A stretch of 64,000 nucleotides of DNA from Nitrospinales bacterium (GCA_965223345.1 CBDCWG010000012.1:2624001-2688000), one strand, 5' to 3'. Counted from the first letter of the stretch, positions 29,957 to 43,521 are shown. Notes: generated by a model not told the origin, from the sequence alone. Numbers and translations: made by a program.

Positions 29957-31252
29957 ATGAAAACCCTGATACAGAATGGCCGCCTGATCGACCCCGCGAA
30001 CGGGAAAGACGGCCTGTTCGACGTGCTGATTGAGGACGGCAAAATCCAGGCCGTGGAGGCGAAAGGCAAGATCGGCGCCGCCAAGGCCAAATCGGCCGAG
30101 GTGATCGAGGCCCAAGGCCGGGTGGTGGCTCCGGGATTCATCGACATGCACGTGCACTTCCGCGAGCCGGGCTTCGAGTACAAGGAAACCATCGAATCGG
30201 GCTGTGCCTCCGCAGCGGCGGGCGGGTTCACCTCGGTGGCGGTGATGCCCAACACGGAGCCTGTCAACGACACCCGTTCGGTGACGGAACTGATGCTGGC
30301 GCGCGCCCAGGAAAAGGGCATCGTGCGCGTGTATCCGATCGGCGCGATCACGCAGGGGCTCAAAGGCGAAGCGCTCACCGAGATGGGCGACCTCAAGGAA
30401 GCGGGAGTGGTGGCGTTCTCGGACGACGGCCGTCCGGTGATGAACAGCGAACTGATGCGGCGCGCGTTCGAGTACAGCCGCATGTTCGGCCTGCCCTGCA
30501 TCCAGCACAGCGAGATCCTCGACCTCACCCGCGGCGGCTCGATGAACGAGGGGCTGATCTCCACGGAGCTGGGGCTCAAGGGCATGCCCACCGAAGCGGA
30601 AGACATCATGGTGTACCGGGACATCGCCCTGCTGAAAAAAACCGGCGGCCGTCTGCACGTGGCGCACATTTCCAGCGGCGGCGCGGTTGAGCTGGTGCGG
30701 CTGGCCAAGGCCAAGGGGCTGCCGGTCACCTGCGAGGTGGCGCCGCACCATTTCACGCTCACCGAGGAAGCGGTGCGCGGCTACGACACCAACACCAAGA
30801 TGAGCCCGCCGCTGCGCACGCACGCGGACATTGAGGCCATCAAGGAAGGCCTGAAGGATGATACGATAGATATCATCGCCACCGACCACGCCCCGCACGA
30901 CGTGACGGACAAGCAGGTGGAGTTCGACCGGGCGTGTTTCGGTATCGTGGGGCTGGAAACGGCCCTGCCCCTGACGCTGGGGCTGGTGGAAGAAAAGGTC
31001 CTCACTTTGCCCAAGGCGATCGAGAAGCTGACGTCCCGCCCCGCCGAGATCTTCGGCCTGGAGCACGGATCGCTGGCGGAAGGCAAGGACGCGGATGTGG
31101 TGGTGTTCGATCCGGAGGCGGAATACGTGATCGATGTTTCGAAGTTCAAATCCAAAAGCAAGAATTCTCCCTATGACGGATGGAAGGTCAAAGGGCGTGT
31201 GACGCACACCCTCGTTGGCGGAAAAACGGTCTATTCCGCTCCCTCCCGATGA
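29957..31252 (+). CDS. pyrC: Dihydroorotase
   Basis: [23 protein letters not shown]. Confidence 0.96.
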   Translation: MKTLIQNGRLIDPANGKDGLFDVLIEDGKIQAVEAKGKIGAAKAKSAEVIEAQGRVVAPGFIDMHVHFREPGFEYKETIESGCASAAAGGFTSVAVMPNTEPVNDTRSVTELMLARAQEKGIVRVYPIGAITQGLKGEALTEMGDLKEAGVVAFSDDGRPVMNSELMRRAFEYSRMFGLPCIQHSEILDLTRGGSMNEGLISTELGLKGMPTEAEDIMVYRDIALLKKTGGRLHVAHISSGGAVELVRLAKAKGLPVTCEVAPHHFTLTEEAVRGYDTNTKMSPPLRTHADIEAIKEGLKDDTIDIIATDHAPHDVTDKQVEFDRACFGIVGLETALPLTLGLVEEKVLTLPKAIEKLTSRPAEIFGLEHGSLAEGKDADVVVFDPEAEYVIDVSKFKSKSKNSPYDGWKVKGRVTHTLVGGKTVYSAPSR

Positions 31253-31277
31253 ATTCTCTCAATACCCGGTTGAAGGC

Positions 31278-32399
31278 ATGAAAGCGGTTTTAGCGTTGGC
31301 GGACGGAAGAATTTTCACGGGCACCGCGTTCGGCGCCGAAGGCGAGGTCGAGGCGGAGGTGGTGTTCAACACCAGCATGTCCGGCTACCAGGAGGTGCTG
31401 ACGGACCCCTCCTATTGCGGCCAGATGGTGGTGATGACCTATCCGTTGATCGGCAATTACGGCGTCAACCCGCAGGATTTCGAGTCGGCGCGGCCGCATC
31501 TCAAGGCATTCATCATCCGCGAGCTGAGCGGCATCCCCAGCAACTGGCGCTCGCAGGGAACGCTGGACCAGTTTCTCAAGGATCACGGCATCGTCGGCAT
31601 CCAGGGCGTGGACACGCGCGCCCTGACGCGCCACATCCGCGACGCCGGCGCGCAGCAGGCGGTGCTTTCCACGCGGACCACGGACACGAAGGCCCTGGTG
31701 GAGCGCGCCCGCCGCTCGCCGACACTGGTGGGGCAGGATCTGGTGCGCGAGGTCACCTGTGCAAAACCGTACGACTGGACGGAAGGCGAATGGAACCTGA
31801 ACGGATCGGCCGCCCCGGTGGAAAAAGCGCCGAATCCCGGTTTTTCGGTGGTGGCCTACGATTTCGGCGTCAAGCGCAACATTCTGCGCATGCTGGTGGA
31901 TGCGGGCTGCCGGGTGCGCGTGGTGCCGGCGTCCACCCCGGCCAAGGCGGTGCTCGACATGCAGCCGGACGGGGTGTTCCTGTCCAACGGTCCCGGCGAT
32001 CCCGCCGCGGTTTCCTATGCGGTTGAGAATGTGCAGCGGCTGGTCGATAAGGTTCCTGTGTTCGGAATTTGCCTGGGCCACCAGATCCTCACCCTGGCCC
32101 TGGGTGCGCGGACCTACAAACTGCGGTTCGGCCATCACGGCGGCAACCAGCCCGTCATGGACCTCACCACCCGCAAGGTGGAGATCACGTCGCAGAATCA
32201 CGGCTTCGCGGTGGACGGCGATTCCGTGAAAAAGGGCGTGGAGGTGATCTCGGTCAACCTCAATGACGATACGGTCGAGGGCATCCGCCACAAGTCCCTT
32301 CCGGTTTTTTCGGTGCAGTACCACCCTGAAGCCTCGCCCGGCCCTCACGATTCCGGCCACCTGTTCAACCGGTTCGTGGAGCTGATGAAAGGAAACTGA
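31278..32399 (+). CDS. carA: Carbamoyl-phosphate synthase small subunit
   Basis: [38 protein letters not shown]. Confidence 0.97.
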   Translation: MKAVLALADGRIFTGTAFGAEGEVEAEVVFNTSMSGYQEVLTDPSYCGQMVVMTYPLIGNYGVNPQDFESARPHLKAFIIRELSGIPSNWRSQGTLDQFLKDHGIVGIQGVDTRALTRHIRDAGAQQAVLSTRTTDTKALVERARRSPTLVGQDLVREVTCAKPYDWTEGEWNLNGSAAPVEKAPNPGFSVVAYDFGVKRNILRMLVDAGCRVRVVPASTPAKAVLDMQPDGVFLSNGPGDPAAVSYAVENVQRLVDKVPVFGICLGHQILTLALGARTYKLRFGHHGGNQPVMDLTTRKVEITSQNHGFAVDGDSVKKGVEVISVNLNDDTVEGIRHKSLPVFSVQYHPEASPGPHDSGHLFNRFVELMKGN

Positions 32400-32400
32400 C

Positions 32401-33273
32401 TTGAAAGAGCAATACGATGCGCTGGTCGAATCGATCACGCAAAACCGTTTCGCAGACGATATCCTGGAGGCGCGCAAGGAGTATCAGAAGCATTCCGGCG
32501 AGATCTACGAGGACGATAAGTCCTACGAGGCCCGCATGGGGCTGTTCCTCGAATGGTTCATTTTCGACCGGGTGCTGCCCGGTAAGCAGGAGACGCTGCT
32601 GGAAGACCTGCTGCTGAGCGACGGGGCGGGCTGGGCGCAGAACGAGCGCATGGCGTACAAGAAGTTCACCGGCAGCATCCACGGCCTGTTCATTCCCAAG
32701 AAGATTCAGGATCAGCGGGTGGTGGTGCTCAACCTGTTCGACAATGAAAAATATTCGGTGCAGGAGAGCCAGGGGAAAATCCTGTTCAATAAAGATGATA
32801 TCTTTGAGGGGAGGCTCTTGCCTCTGGACGACGGATATTTCTTTTCCGGCTGTTTCTGTTTTCATCCCGACGGGGCGGCGAAGTACATCAAGGAGAAGGT
32901 CAAGGCCATCGTCGCGGTTCAGGACGGGCACCGGAAAGAGCTCAAGGCGGTCAATTCGAAACTGAAGACCTGCGATTCGCGCATGGACAAGAACGCCCGC
33001 GAGATCGACAAGCTCAATGGCAAGATCAGCAAAACCGACGCCGAAGACAAGCTCAAAAGCCTGAATGAAAAACTGGAAGAGCTCAAGAAAACGCGTTCCG
33101 AGCTGCATCAGGAAAAATCGCAGCTGGAAGGTGAGAAAAAGAACCTGGAAGTGCAGAAAATGAAGATCGAATTCCGCGACGCGTGCAACCTGCTGATGCA
33201 GAAACTGGGATACATGAATCTCAAGTGGGAGCGTTCCCGCCAGATCGATCTGCACGACATCTACCGCGACTGA
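32401..33273 (+). CDS. Hypothetical protein with long coiled coil, between carA and carB
   Basis: 290 aa, TTG start 1 bp after carA stop, host-like codon usage, K/E-rich heptads in residues about 175-260. Confidence 0.8.
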   Translation: MKEQYDALVESITQNRFADDILEARKEYQKHSGEIYEDDKSYEARMGLFLEWFIFDRVLPGKQETLLEDLLLSDGAGWAQNERMAYKKFTGSIHGLFIPKKIQDQRVVVLNLFDNEKYSVQESQGKILFNKDDIFEGRLLPLDDGYFFSGCFCFHPDGAAKYIKEKVKAIVAVQDGHRKELKAVNSKLKTCDSRMDKNAREIDKLNGKISKTDAEDKLKSLNEKLEELKKTRSELHQEKSQLEGEKKNLEVQKMKIEFRDACNLLMQKLGYMNLKWERSRQIDLHDIYRD

Positions 33274-33276
33274 CCC

Positions 33277-36513
<3,237 letters not shown>

Positions 36514-36521
36514 AAAGAAGG

Positions 36522-36611
36522 GGCAGGATTACAGGATAAAAACGGAAAACCCTGCCTCGCGCAAAGACGCAAAGACGCAAAGAAAAGCGAGGAGACAGGA
36601 TGAACAGGATG
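36522..36611 (+). repeat. Composite repeat C-B-C
   Basis: GGCAGGATTACAGGATAAAA, GCCTCGCGCAAAGACGCAAAGACGCAAAG, GACAGGATGAACAGGAT; same C-B order as reverse complement of 28097-28150. Confidence 0.82.
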
Positions 36612-36822
36612 TAAAACGGTTGAAATTAGAAACCCCGTATCTCTAGGAAGGCACGAAGAAAATCCAATACTATTAAGCCATTCTTGCGATAGCGATGAGG
36701 AAAGTAAAAAAGTAAGGGAAGACTTTTTAATTCCTCTTCGGCAGCTTATAAGGTCAGGAAAAGCTGGACATTACTTCAATTTTATTGAGGTAAGGGAACA
36801 TATCGCAAAAAATATTATTGAA

Positions 36823-37776
36823 GTGGAGGATGCCGAATCACTAAGAATACGTTCTAAAGCTAAATTTATTATATACGGGCGAGTAAGGCTTAGAACATTA
36901 AATGGTGAAGATCAACATATTATAGAACTTGACGGGATTGTTGAGCATGGTCCAATGCCTAAAGAATTGAGCAATTATATTTCTATAGAATTCGCTGAAT
37001 TGCTACCAAGAAAAATTAATATTCCGACAAAAAATGATCTTTTGTCCTTTAAGTTTACGTCGGAATGGGCGGGAATGATTGCAAAATATATAATAGGAAT
37101 TACTGCGGCGTGCGCTGGAGATTTAGATTATGCAGAAAAACTTTATAAAGATGTTGAGGTGCTAATTAAAACTAAACAAACAAACTTTCCAGTTTTTGTA
37201 GAGTTAAAGCAACGAATACCTCAAAGATTGAATGAAGTTTATCTTACACATGCAAACAATCAACTTTTAGCCTGGAGAGAAAATTATGAGCCTTGTCATG
37301 TTGATACCTTTGGGAATTATCTTGAAAAGTTAGATAAGCTGAGTGAAGAACATTTAGAGGTATTTTATATTCTTAAATCGATATATATCTTTCTTAAAGA
37401 GCGAGATATTGAATCATCAATTAGTTTTTTGAAAAAAGTTAGGAATAAGAATAATGGATTATGGAATTATAATATAGGCTTTCTTTATGCGTATAGAGGG
37501 GAGCTTAGTGCGGCTATAAGGCATTACAGAAGGGCTTCTCAGCATCTAGTTAATGTGGAGGTTATCAATCAAGTAGAAAGTTTTATTTGTTGGATACTTA
37601 GAGAAGAGCCTGACAAATATTATATTAATTATTGCTTAGGTTTTTTTAATTGGAAAACTAAAGGCGATAAGATACAGGCTAAGAAAGATTTTATGAACTT
37701 TATTGAGTCATGTGAGGCGGATAAGTTTAAGAGGGAAAGAGACATTGCTAGGAAATGGATAAATCAACTTGGTTGA
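36823..37776 (+). CDS. AT-rich TPR-like protein, probably 5'-truncated, horizontally acquired
   Basis: About 30% GC (17/60 in a counted line); TPR-like YNIGFLYAYRGELSAAIRHYRRA; frame open back to 36604 with no ATG/GTG/TTG before 36823. Confidence 0.7.
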   Translation: MEDAESLRIRSKAKFIIYGRVRLRTLNGEDQHIIELDGIVEHGPMPKELSNYISIEFAELLPRKINIPTKNDLLSFKFTSEWAGMIAKYIIGITAACAGDLDYAEKLYKDVEVLIKTKQTNFPVFVELKQRIPQRLNEVYLTHANNQLLAWRENYEPCHVDTFGNYLEKLDKLSEEHLEVFYILKSIYIFLKERDIESSISFLKKVRNKNNGLWNYNIGFLYAYRGELSAAIRHYRRASQHLVNVEVINQVESFICWILREEPDKYYINYCLGFFNWKTKGDKIQAKKDFMNFIESCEADKFKRERDIARKWINQLG

Positions 37777-37884
37777 CTACTGATAATCAAAATTATTCTA
37801 TTTCTAACTTGAGATGAATTGACCTTCAGATACCCTCGATATTACGCCTTTGTAGTTTTGTGTTAGTCCGGTTTTTATCCCGCC

Positions 37885-37904
37885 TTTATCCTGTCAATCC
37901 TGTC
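37885..37904. repeat. Module C repeat closing the AT-rich island
   Basis: TTTATCCTGTCAATCCTGTC identical to 28130-28149; inverted relative to 36522-36540 and 36594-36610. Confidence 0.85.
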
Positions 37905-37918
37905 TGAATTGTTGTTGG

Positions 37919-38719
37919 TCAAAGGGTGGGTTGTGCGCAGATCACATAGACTTTCAGGTTGAAGGGTTTGCCGGCGCTGTCGTTGACGATGGTGGTTTCC
38001 CAGGAGTTGATGCTGGAGGGGTAGTTGGTCACGCCGGCGCACTGGTCGCAGCCCGCGGCGTTGTAGCCGCCTCCCAGCAGGATCTTGCCGGGCGAGCAGC
38101 TCATGAGGACGGTTTTTCTCTGGCCCGGCTTGACGCTGAAGCTTTTGCTCTCCAGCCGTTCCCAGCCGGCGATGCCCTGTAGCGCTCCTGCCTGGGCGAC
38201 GCTGTCTTTACCCGCCGAGCCTGCGGGTCCCGGAGGCCCCGGCGGACCGGGCGGGCCTTCCGGCCCTTCAAACCCCTGCGGCCCCTGAGGGCCTGGGTCT
38301 CCCTTGGGGCCTTTCGGCCCCGGTTTTCCCGGCGGACCTGCTTCGCCTTTCGGTCCCATCTCTCCCTGAGGACCCACCAGCTCGCCGATGCGGCCGGTCG
38401 AGATCATCAGGTTTTGGAACTGACCGTTGGCGATGATTTCTTCCAATGCGAAACGGATGCTGTTGCTGTCGGGTTCCTGGGTCACGACCTGGACGCGTTT
38501 GCCCGGAGTGTCCGCCAGCAGGTTGAGGCCGAAGACCAGCCCCCCGCCCGCGGCGAGGACGACGAGCAGCAGCACGATGAAAAAATCCCAGAAACTCATT
38601 CGCACTTTTTTTTCCGGCGGCGGCAGGGGCTGACCGATGAACAGGTCCCGCAGGGCTTCGTCGCCCATCTGGCTTTCCAGCGCTTCAACCGGCTCTTCTT
38701 CCCGTTTCTTGGGTTCCAT
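37919..38719 (-). CDS. Membrane-anchored collagen-like protein
   Basis: One TM segment, 19 consecutive G-X-Y triplets, Cys-containing C-terminal domain ([12 protein letters not shown]...VYVICA). Confidence 0.88.
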   Translation of the reverse strand: MEPKKREEEPVEALESQMGDEALRDLFIGQPLPPPEKKVRMSFWDFFIVLLLVVLAAGGGLVFGLNLLADTPGKRVQVVTQEPDSNSIRFALEEIIANGQFQNLMISTGRIGELVGPQGEMGPKGEAGPPGKPGPKGPKGDPGPQGPQGFEGPEGPPGPPGPPGPAGSAGKDSVAQAGALQGIAGWERLESKSFSVKPGQRKTVLMSCSPGKILLGGGYNAAGCDQCAGVTNYPSSINSWETTIVNDSAGKPFNLKVYVICAQPTL

Positions 38720-38725
38720 GCGCGA

Positions 38726-39856
38726 TCACTTGTTGAGGGGGAAGGAGATGAGCATGCCGCCGATCATGTCGTCCAGTTGAAAATCGGTCTTGGGACTGTT
38801 GGGGTGCGCGTTGTGACAGTTCACACAGGCCTGGCTGACGGCGAAATCCGGATAGACGGCCTGGAAATAGGTGGAGCGTCCGCGCTTGATCTTTCCGAGA
38901 AACGGCCTCAAAGGATCGTCCGCCACGGAAACCAGGGCGTTGCGCTCGAATTCGTTGGCGGCGCTGTTCTTGAAGTTGATGGGCCACAGGCTGATCAGCC
39001 GGAAGTTCATTTTCAGGCGGTTCTTCTTGGCCAGGCGGCCGGTGTTCAGCAGATACTGCGCCGGCAGCGGCAGGGCGTGCTCGTCGAGCCAGTTTTCGCT
39101 GGCCTTGACCGCCTTGGTCTGGGTCAGCGGTTTCACGACATGCTGGGTGTACACGTAGCGGTCCGAATCGAGCACGGCGTGGATGTAGTCGGCCACCACC
39201 TGGGGCGGCACCAGAAACGCGTCGTTTTCGGTGGATGCGCCCTGCTCGCTCAGCGGAACGTTGCTCAAAGGCACGTTGATCAGCACGCCGCCCATGATGT
39301 CGCCGAGTTTGTAATCGGTTTTCGGGGAGTTGGGGTGCGTGTTGTGACAGTTCACGCAGGACTCGGATGTGGCCAGATCGGGATAGATGGCGCGGAAATT
39401 GAGGATGCCTTTGCGCTGCACCACCCAGGTGAACGGCGCGTTGGTGTCTTTGCTCATGCTTTGCAGACCCAGCTTTTCCAGGTCGGTGAGCGCGCCGTTT
39501 TTCTTGTTGATGGGATTGCGGCTGACCAGCCGGACTTTCAGGCCGATCCCCCTGGCATTGGATTCCTCGGCGGAGAGCAGCAAAAACTGCGCCGGCAGCG
39601 GCAGCGCCTTTTCCTGTTCCCAGTTCTCGCTGGCGGCCAGCCCGATGGATTTTTGCAGGCGGTTGACGATCTGCTGGGAATAAAATTCGCGGCTCGCCTT
39701 GATGATGGAATAGATGTAGTCGGTGGCGCGTTTGGCAGGGATGCCGTCCGGAACGGGATCGCTGTGAACGGGGCCTGCCTGCAGGATCAGGATCAATCCG
39801 GTGACTCCTGCAAGCGAAAGCCACCGAAGGGAGTGGGTGCGTCGGTTTTTCATCAC
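38726..39856 (-). CDS. Tandem DUF3365 (Tll0287-like) di-heme c protein
   Basis: Signal peptide; two homologous domains each with LPLPAQ, PIN and CVNCH. Confidence 0.85.
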   Translation of the reverse strand: MMKNRRTHSLRWLSLAGVTGLILILQAGPVHSDPVPDGIPAKRATDYIYSIIKASREFYSQQIVNRLQKSIGLAASENWEQEKALPLPAQFLLLSAEESNARGIGLKVRLVSRNPINKKNGALTDLEKLGLQSMSKDTNAPFTWVVQRKGILNFRAIYPDLATSESCVNCHNTHPNSPKTDYKLGDIMGGVLINVPLSNVPLSEQGASTENDAFLVPPQVVADYIHAVLDSDRYVYTQHVVKPLTQTKAVKASENWLDEHALPLPAQYLLNTGRLAKKNRLKMNFRLISLWPINFKNSAANEFERNALVSVADDPLRPFLGKIKRGRSTYFQAVYPDFAVSQACVNCHNAHPNSPKTDFQLDDMIGGMLISFPLNK

Positions 39857-40078
39857 GGCCCGTATCTGTAAGGTTTTGTAAAAAAACCAAAATGCGGAAA
39901 TTCAACGATTCGGGATGAACTTAGACGGGATATGTCGCGATCACATGGAGGTTGTGTCACGATTGTGTCACAGTTGATTTCTCAACCGGAACGATGAAAG
40001 GCAAAAATCGAGGCGGCGAAACGACGGCTCAGGGAATAAGCCGACGACGGTTGTCTTTCAGGATACTGTGCGTGAGGA

Positions 40079-41029
40079 TCAGCGGCTGGCGGACTGGATC
40101 TGCGGGCTCGAATATCCGGCGGGGGATGGCACGCCGGGGGACAGGGAGGGCGCCGGGTGGTAGACCGGGTTGGTTTTGCGGGAGCGCACCAGCTGGCCCT
40201 GCTGGAACTCCTTTCCGGCCATGATGGCGGCGATGGAGAAACCGGCGTGCACCTGGCGGACGCGCACCACGCCCTGGCGGGTGAAACGGCCGCCGAGATC
40301 GCGTTTGCTGTAGGGATCTTTCTGGTTGAGGGTGACGGAATAAACGTTGAAATCGTCGCCGAAACCGATGCCGTTTTCCCGGCCCAGGTTGATGAGCACT
40401 TCCATTTTTTCCTTGTCCACGCCGACGATCTCCCCCTGCAGCGGCTGCACGTAAAGGGTCTGCGTGATGAAGGCGTGGATCTGCCGGTTCAGGTCGGCGA
40501 GGGTTTTGCCGATGGACGTGCGCAGAAACTGGGGATCGTGAAAATCCAGCTGCGTGCCGTCGAACTCGAAGGGGATCACGCCGGCGATGGATTGGGCCTG
40601 GAAGCGCTGGCGGCCCAGAAATTCGCGGGCGTGGTGGCTCGAAAGTTCGATCTCGATTTCGATCTCGGCGCGCTGCTTGATGGTTTCCGGGGCGTCGAAC
40701 ACTTTCTGCGCCTTGGTCGGCGGCTCTCCGGGGTCGAAGACGAGCACCCTCCCCTGCACGAGGAACTGCGCCGGATGATTCATCGAGGCTTTGTCGCCGG
40801 CCTGTTTTTTGGGAGCGGGATACAGGTGAAACGCGCCGTTTTCGGCCACGGAATGCTTCAGCATGCGCGTCACCAGCTCACCGGGAGCGTAGTCGGCGGT
40901 CCAGCCCGCCGGGTTTTCGATGGGCAGGATGGAGAGCTTGTTCTTGTACTGGGCCGATACGGGGTTTGCCGCCGTCATGAGAATCAGCAGGGCGGCGAAA
41001 CCTGAAACGATCGTGCGTGCGGTTGGCAA
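40079..41029 (-). CDS. Exported CsgG/FlgT-like protein
   Basis: Signal peptide; C-terminal GEIVGV..VLINLGRENGIGFGDDFNVY...G-V-V FlgT_C-like pattern; GGAGG RBS with TTG start. Confidence 0.6.
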   Translation of the reverse strand: MPTARTIVSGFAALLILMTAANPVSAQYKNKLSILPIENPAGWTADYAPGELVTRMLKHSVAENGAFHLYPAPKKQAGDKASMNHPAQFLVQGRVLVFDPGEPPTKAQKVFDAPETIKQRAEIEIEIELSSHHAREFLGRQRFQAQSIAGVIPFEFDGTQLDFHDPQFLRTSIGKTLADLNRQIHAFITQTLYVQPLQGEIVGVDKEKMEVLINLGRENGIGFGDDFNVYSVTLNQKDPYSKRDLGGRFTRQGVVRVRQVHAGFSIAAIMAGKEFQQGQLVRSRKTNPVYHPAPSLSPGVPSPAGYSSPQIQSASR

Positions 41030-41151
41030 AGCGGCCTCCAGAGAATGCGTTCATCCCTTTATCGACGCGGATTTGCAAAACCTGAGCCCGAAATCGGAAA
41101 CGGGATGCAGCCTGGTATCCCGCAACCGTTCCCGCGCAGGGATTTGAGTCC

Positions 41152-41180
41152 TTGACCCGCTCCCCCCGGACACGTAAAAT
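41152..41180 (+). promoter_or_regulatory. Sigma70 promoter abutting start codon
   Basis: TTGACC-17bp-TAAAAT; ATG begins 8 nt after the -10 box. Confidence 0.6.
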
Positions 41181-41187
41181 CGCAGTC

Positions 41188-42030
41188 ATGAGACAATGGA
41201 TTGCCTTTTTAGTTTGTTTTGCATGCGTTTTGGCCTCCCCCCCGCCCTCCTGGTCGGAAAGCGAACCCGAAGACATGGTCTGGATTCCCGCAGGCTGCTT
41301 CATGATGGGTACCGACCGGGTGTATTACTACGATTCCCTCGATGAAAACATCCGCGAGCGGCCCCTGCATGAGGTCTGCGTGGACGGGTTTTACCTGGAA
41401 AAGACGGAGGTGCCGCAGTACAAATGGGATGAGGTGATGCAGTACAACAACGCCACGTTCCAGGCGCCCGAGCTGCCGATCACCGGGATCACCTGGAAGG
41501 AGGCGCTGGATTACTGCACGCGCATCGGCCGCCGGCTTCCCACGGAGGCGGAATGGGAATACGCGGCGCGGGCGGGCAGCCAGACGGAGAACCCCTGGGG
41601 CGACGGCATCGACCGTGAGCATTTGTGGTACCTGGGGAATTCGCGGCGCAAACTGTCTCCGGTCGGGATGAAGAAGCCCAACGCCTTCGGCCTGCACGAC
41701 ATGATGGGAAGCGTCTGGGAATGGGTGGAGGACTGGTATTCGGAAAACTTTTACCAGGTCAGCCCGAAGATGAATCCGAAAGGGCCCGAGCGGGGCAGCT
41801 TCCACGTCATCCGCGGCGCGTCCTGGGTCGATGACGAGGATGCCATCCGCGTCATGGTGCGGCATCCCGGGATGGCGGACCATTCGCAGGATTACTGGGT
41901 GGGCGTGCGCTGCGCCTGGACTCCCGGCAAAAAGGCAAGCCCGGAAGAAGCTGACGATAAAAAAGCAGGTTCAACGGACAGCGAAAAAGCCAAAAAACAG
42001 ACCCCAAAAGACAGCAAAAAAGAAAACTGA
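41188..42030 (+). CDS. FGE-sulfatase (SUMF1/EgtB/PvdO) domain exported protein
   Basis: IPAGCFMMG, RLPTEAEWEYAARAG, NAFGLHDMMGSVWEW, GVRC. Confidence 0.9.
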   Translation: MRQWIAFLVCFACVLASPPPSWSESEPEDMVWIPAGCFMMGTDRVYYYDSLDENIRERPLHEVCVDGFYLEKTEVPQYKWDEVMQYNNATFQAPELPITGITWKEALDYCTRIGRRLPTEAEWEYAARAGSQTENPWGDGIDREHLWYLGNSRRKLSPVGMKKPNAFGLHDMMGSVWEWVEDWYSENFYQVSPKMNPKGPERGSFHVIRGASWVDDEDAIRVMVRHPGMADHSQDYWVGVRCAWTPGKKASPEEADDKKAGSTDSEKAKKQTPKDSKKEN

Positions 42031-42104
42031 CCGTTTCGCCTGCATCGCGCCCGGCCGGATACCGGAATCCGCCGGCTTTTCCCCCGTTTTTGCACACATC
42101 CACC

Positions 42105-42746
42105 TTGAACGCGAAAACCATCCACCGCATCTACGAGAAACTGAGCCGCCGTTTCACCGACGCGCAATCGGAGCTGGATTTCAGCAACCGTTTCGAGCTG
42201 CTGGTGGCGGTCATCCTCAGCGCGCAGGCGACGGACAAATCGGTCAACGCCGCGACGAAGAATCTGTTTCCCCGCTACGCCACCCCGCAGGCCATGCTGG
42301 ATCTGGGGGAAACGAAACTGCGCAGGCACATCCAGTCGATCGGGCTGGCGCCCACGAAAGCCAAAAATATCCTGCGTACCTGCGAGATTCTGCTCGAGCA
42401 GCACGGCGGTGAGGTTCCCGGCGACCGCGAAGCGCTGGAAAAGCTGCCGGGGGTGGGCCGGAAAACCGCCAATGTGGTTCTCAACGAAGGTTTCGGCCAG
42501 CCCACCATCGCCGTGGACACGCACGTGTTCCGGGTGTCGCAGCGCACCGGCCTGGCGCCGGGCAAAAACGTGCTGGAAACCGAGCAGGCGCTGCTGCGCG
42601 TCACGCCGGACAAATGGAAGCAGAAGGCTCACCGCTACCTCATCCTGCACGGCCGCTATGTGTGCAAGGCGAAAAACTTCGACTGCGGCGAATGCGTCAT
42701 CGAAAAGGAATGCGGGTTTGCGGAGAAGACGTTTCGTGAGTCCTGA
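42105..42746 (+). CDS. nth: Endonuclease III
   Basis: LSAQATD, LPGVGRKTAN, VDTHVFR, C-x6-C-x2-C-x5-C cluster; start 42090 or 42105. Confidence 0.95.
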   Translation: MNAKTIHRIYEKLSRRFTDAQSELDFSNRFELLVAVILSAQATDKSVNAATKNLFPRYATPQAMLDLGETKLRRHIQSIGLAPTKAKNILRTCEILLEQHGGEVPGDREALEKLPGVGRKTANVVLNEGFGQPTIAVDTHVFRVSQRTGLAPGKNVLETEQALLRVTPDKWKQKAHRYLILHGRYVCKAKNFDCGECVIEKECGFAEKTFRES

Positions 42747-43491
42747 GCGCGTGAGAGATTACGGCGTCATCCTGTCCCGGCTGGAATCGGCGCTATCCGG
42801 GACGGGAGAACTCGGTTCCCTCGGGGAAATCGCCTCCCCGGCGGGGAATTATCCCCTGAAAAAGGCGGTTCTCGGCAAAGGCGGCGCGCGCCGGGTGCTG
42901 ATCTCCGCGGGCATTCACGGCGACGAGCCGGCGGGGGTGGAGACGGTGTGCGCGCTTCTGGAGCGGAATACGCTGCCGCTTGCGGACTGGGAGGTGACGC
43001 TGCTGCCCTGCATCAATCCGTATGGCTACGAGCACGGGATACGGGAAAACGGCGACGCGGTGGATCTCAACCGGGTGTTCAAAATCGAGCGCCCACCCGA
43101 GGAGGTGCAGCTGGCGCAGTCAGTGTTCGAGAGGCCTTACGATCTGACGCTGGAGCTGCACGAGGATTCGGACAGCAAGGGCTATTACCTCTATCACTCG
43201 GGCGAGCCGGAACTGAGAGACGCGCTGCCCGCGAAAATCCTCGACCCGGTGTCCACAGTGATCCCGCTCAACCTGGATCCGGAGATCGACGGCAACGCGG
43301 CGAACGGCGGCGTCATCAACCGGTCGCCGGACCCGGAAAGCATGGACTGGTGGCCGATGGCGCTGTACGCCCGGTCCCGGGGCGCGCGTTACTGCATGAC
43401 TCTGGAGACGCCCCCGGCGTTTCCCATGCCGGTGCGCGTGCAGGCGCACCTCGCCGCTGTGCGGGCGGCAATCCAGCATTTTCCCCGCTGA
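42736..43491 (+). CDS. M14 metallopeptidase / succinylglutamate desuccinylase family
   Basis: SAGIHGDEPAG, NPYGY, DLNR, ELHED; GTG overlapping nth. Confidence 0.85.
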   Translation: MSPERVRDYGVILSRLESALSGTGELGSLGEIASPAGNYPLKKAVLGKGGARRVLISAGIHGDEPAGVETVCALLERNTLPLADWEVTLLPCINPYGYEHGIRENGDAVDLNRVFKIERPPEEVQLAQSVFERPYDLTLELHEDSDSKGYYLYHSGEPELRDALPAKILDPVSTVIPLNLDPEIDGNAANGGVINRSPDPESMDWWPMALYARSRGARYCMTLETPPAFPMPVRVQAHLAAVRAAIQHFPR

Positions 43492-43521
43492 TACCGGATT
43501 TTACCGGCGAAATGATCGAAA

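Noticed and set aside
38220..38375. GC-rich 9-bp periodic DNA
   Set aside because: Explained by collagen G-X-Y coding, not an independent repeat element
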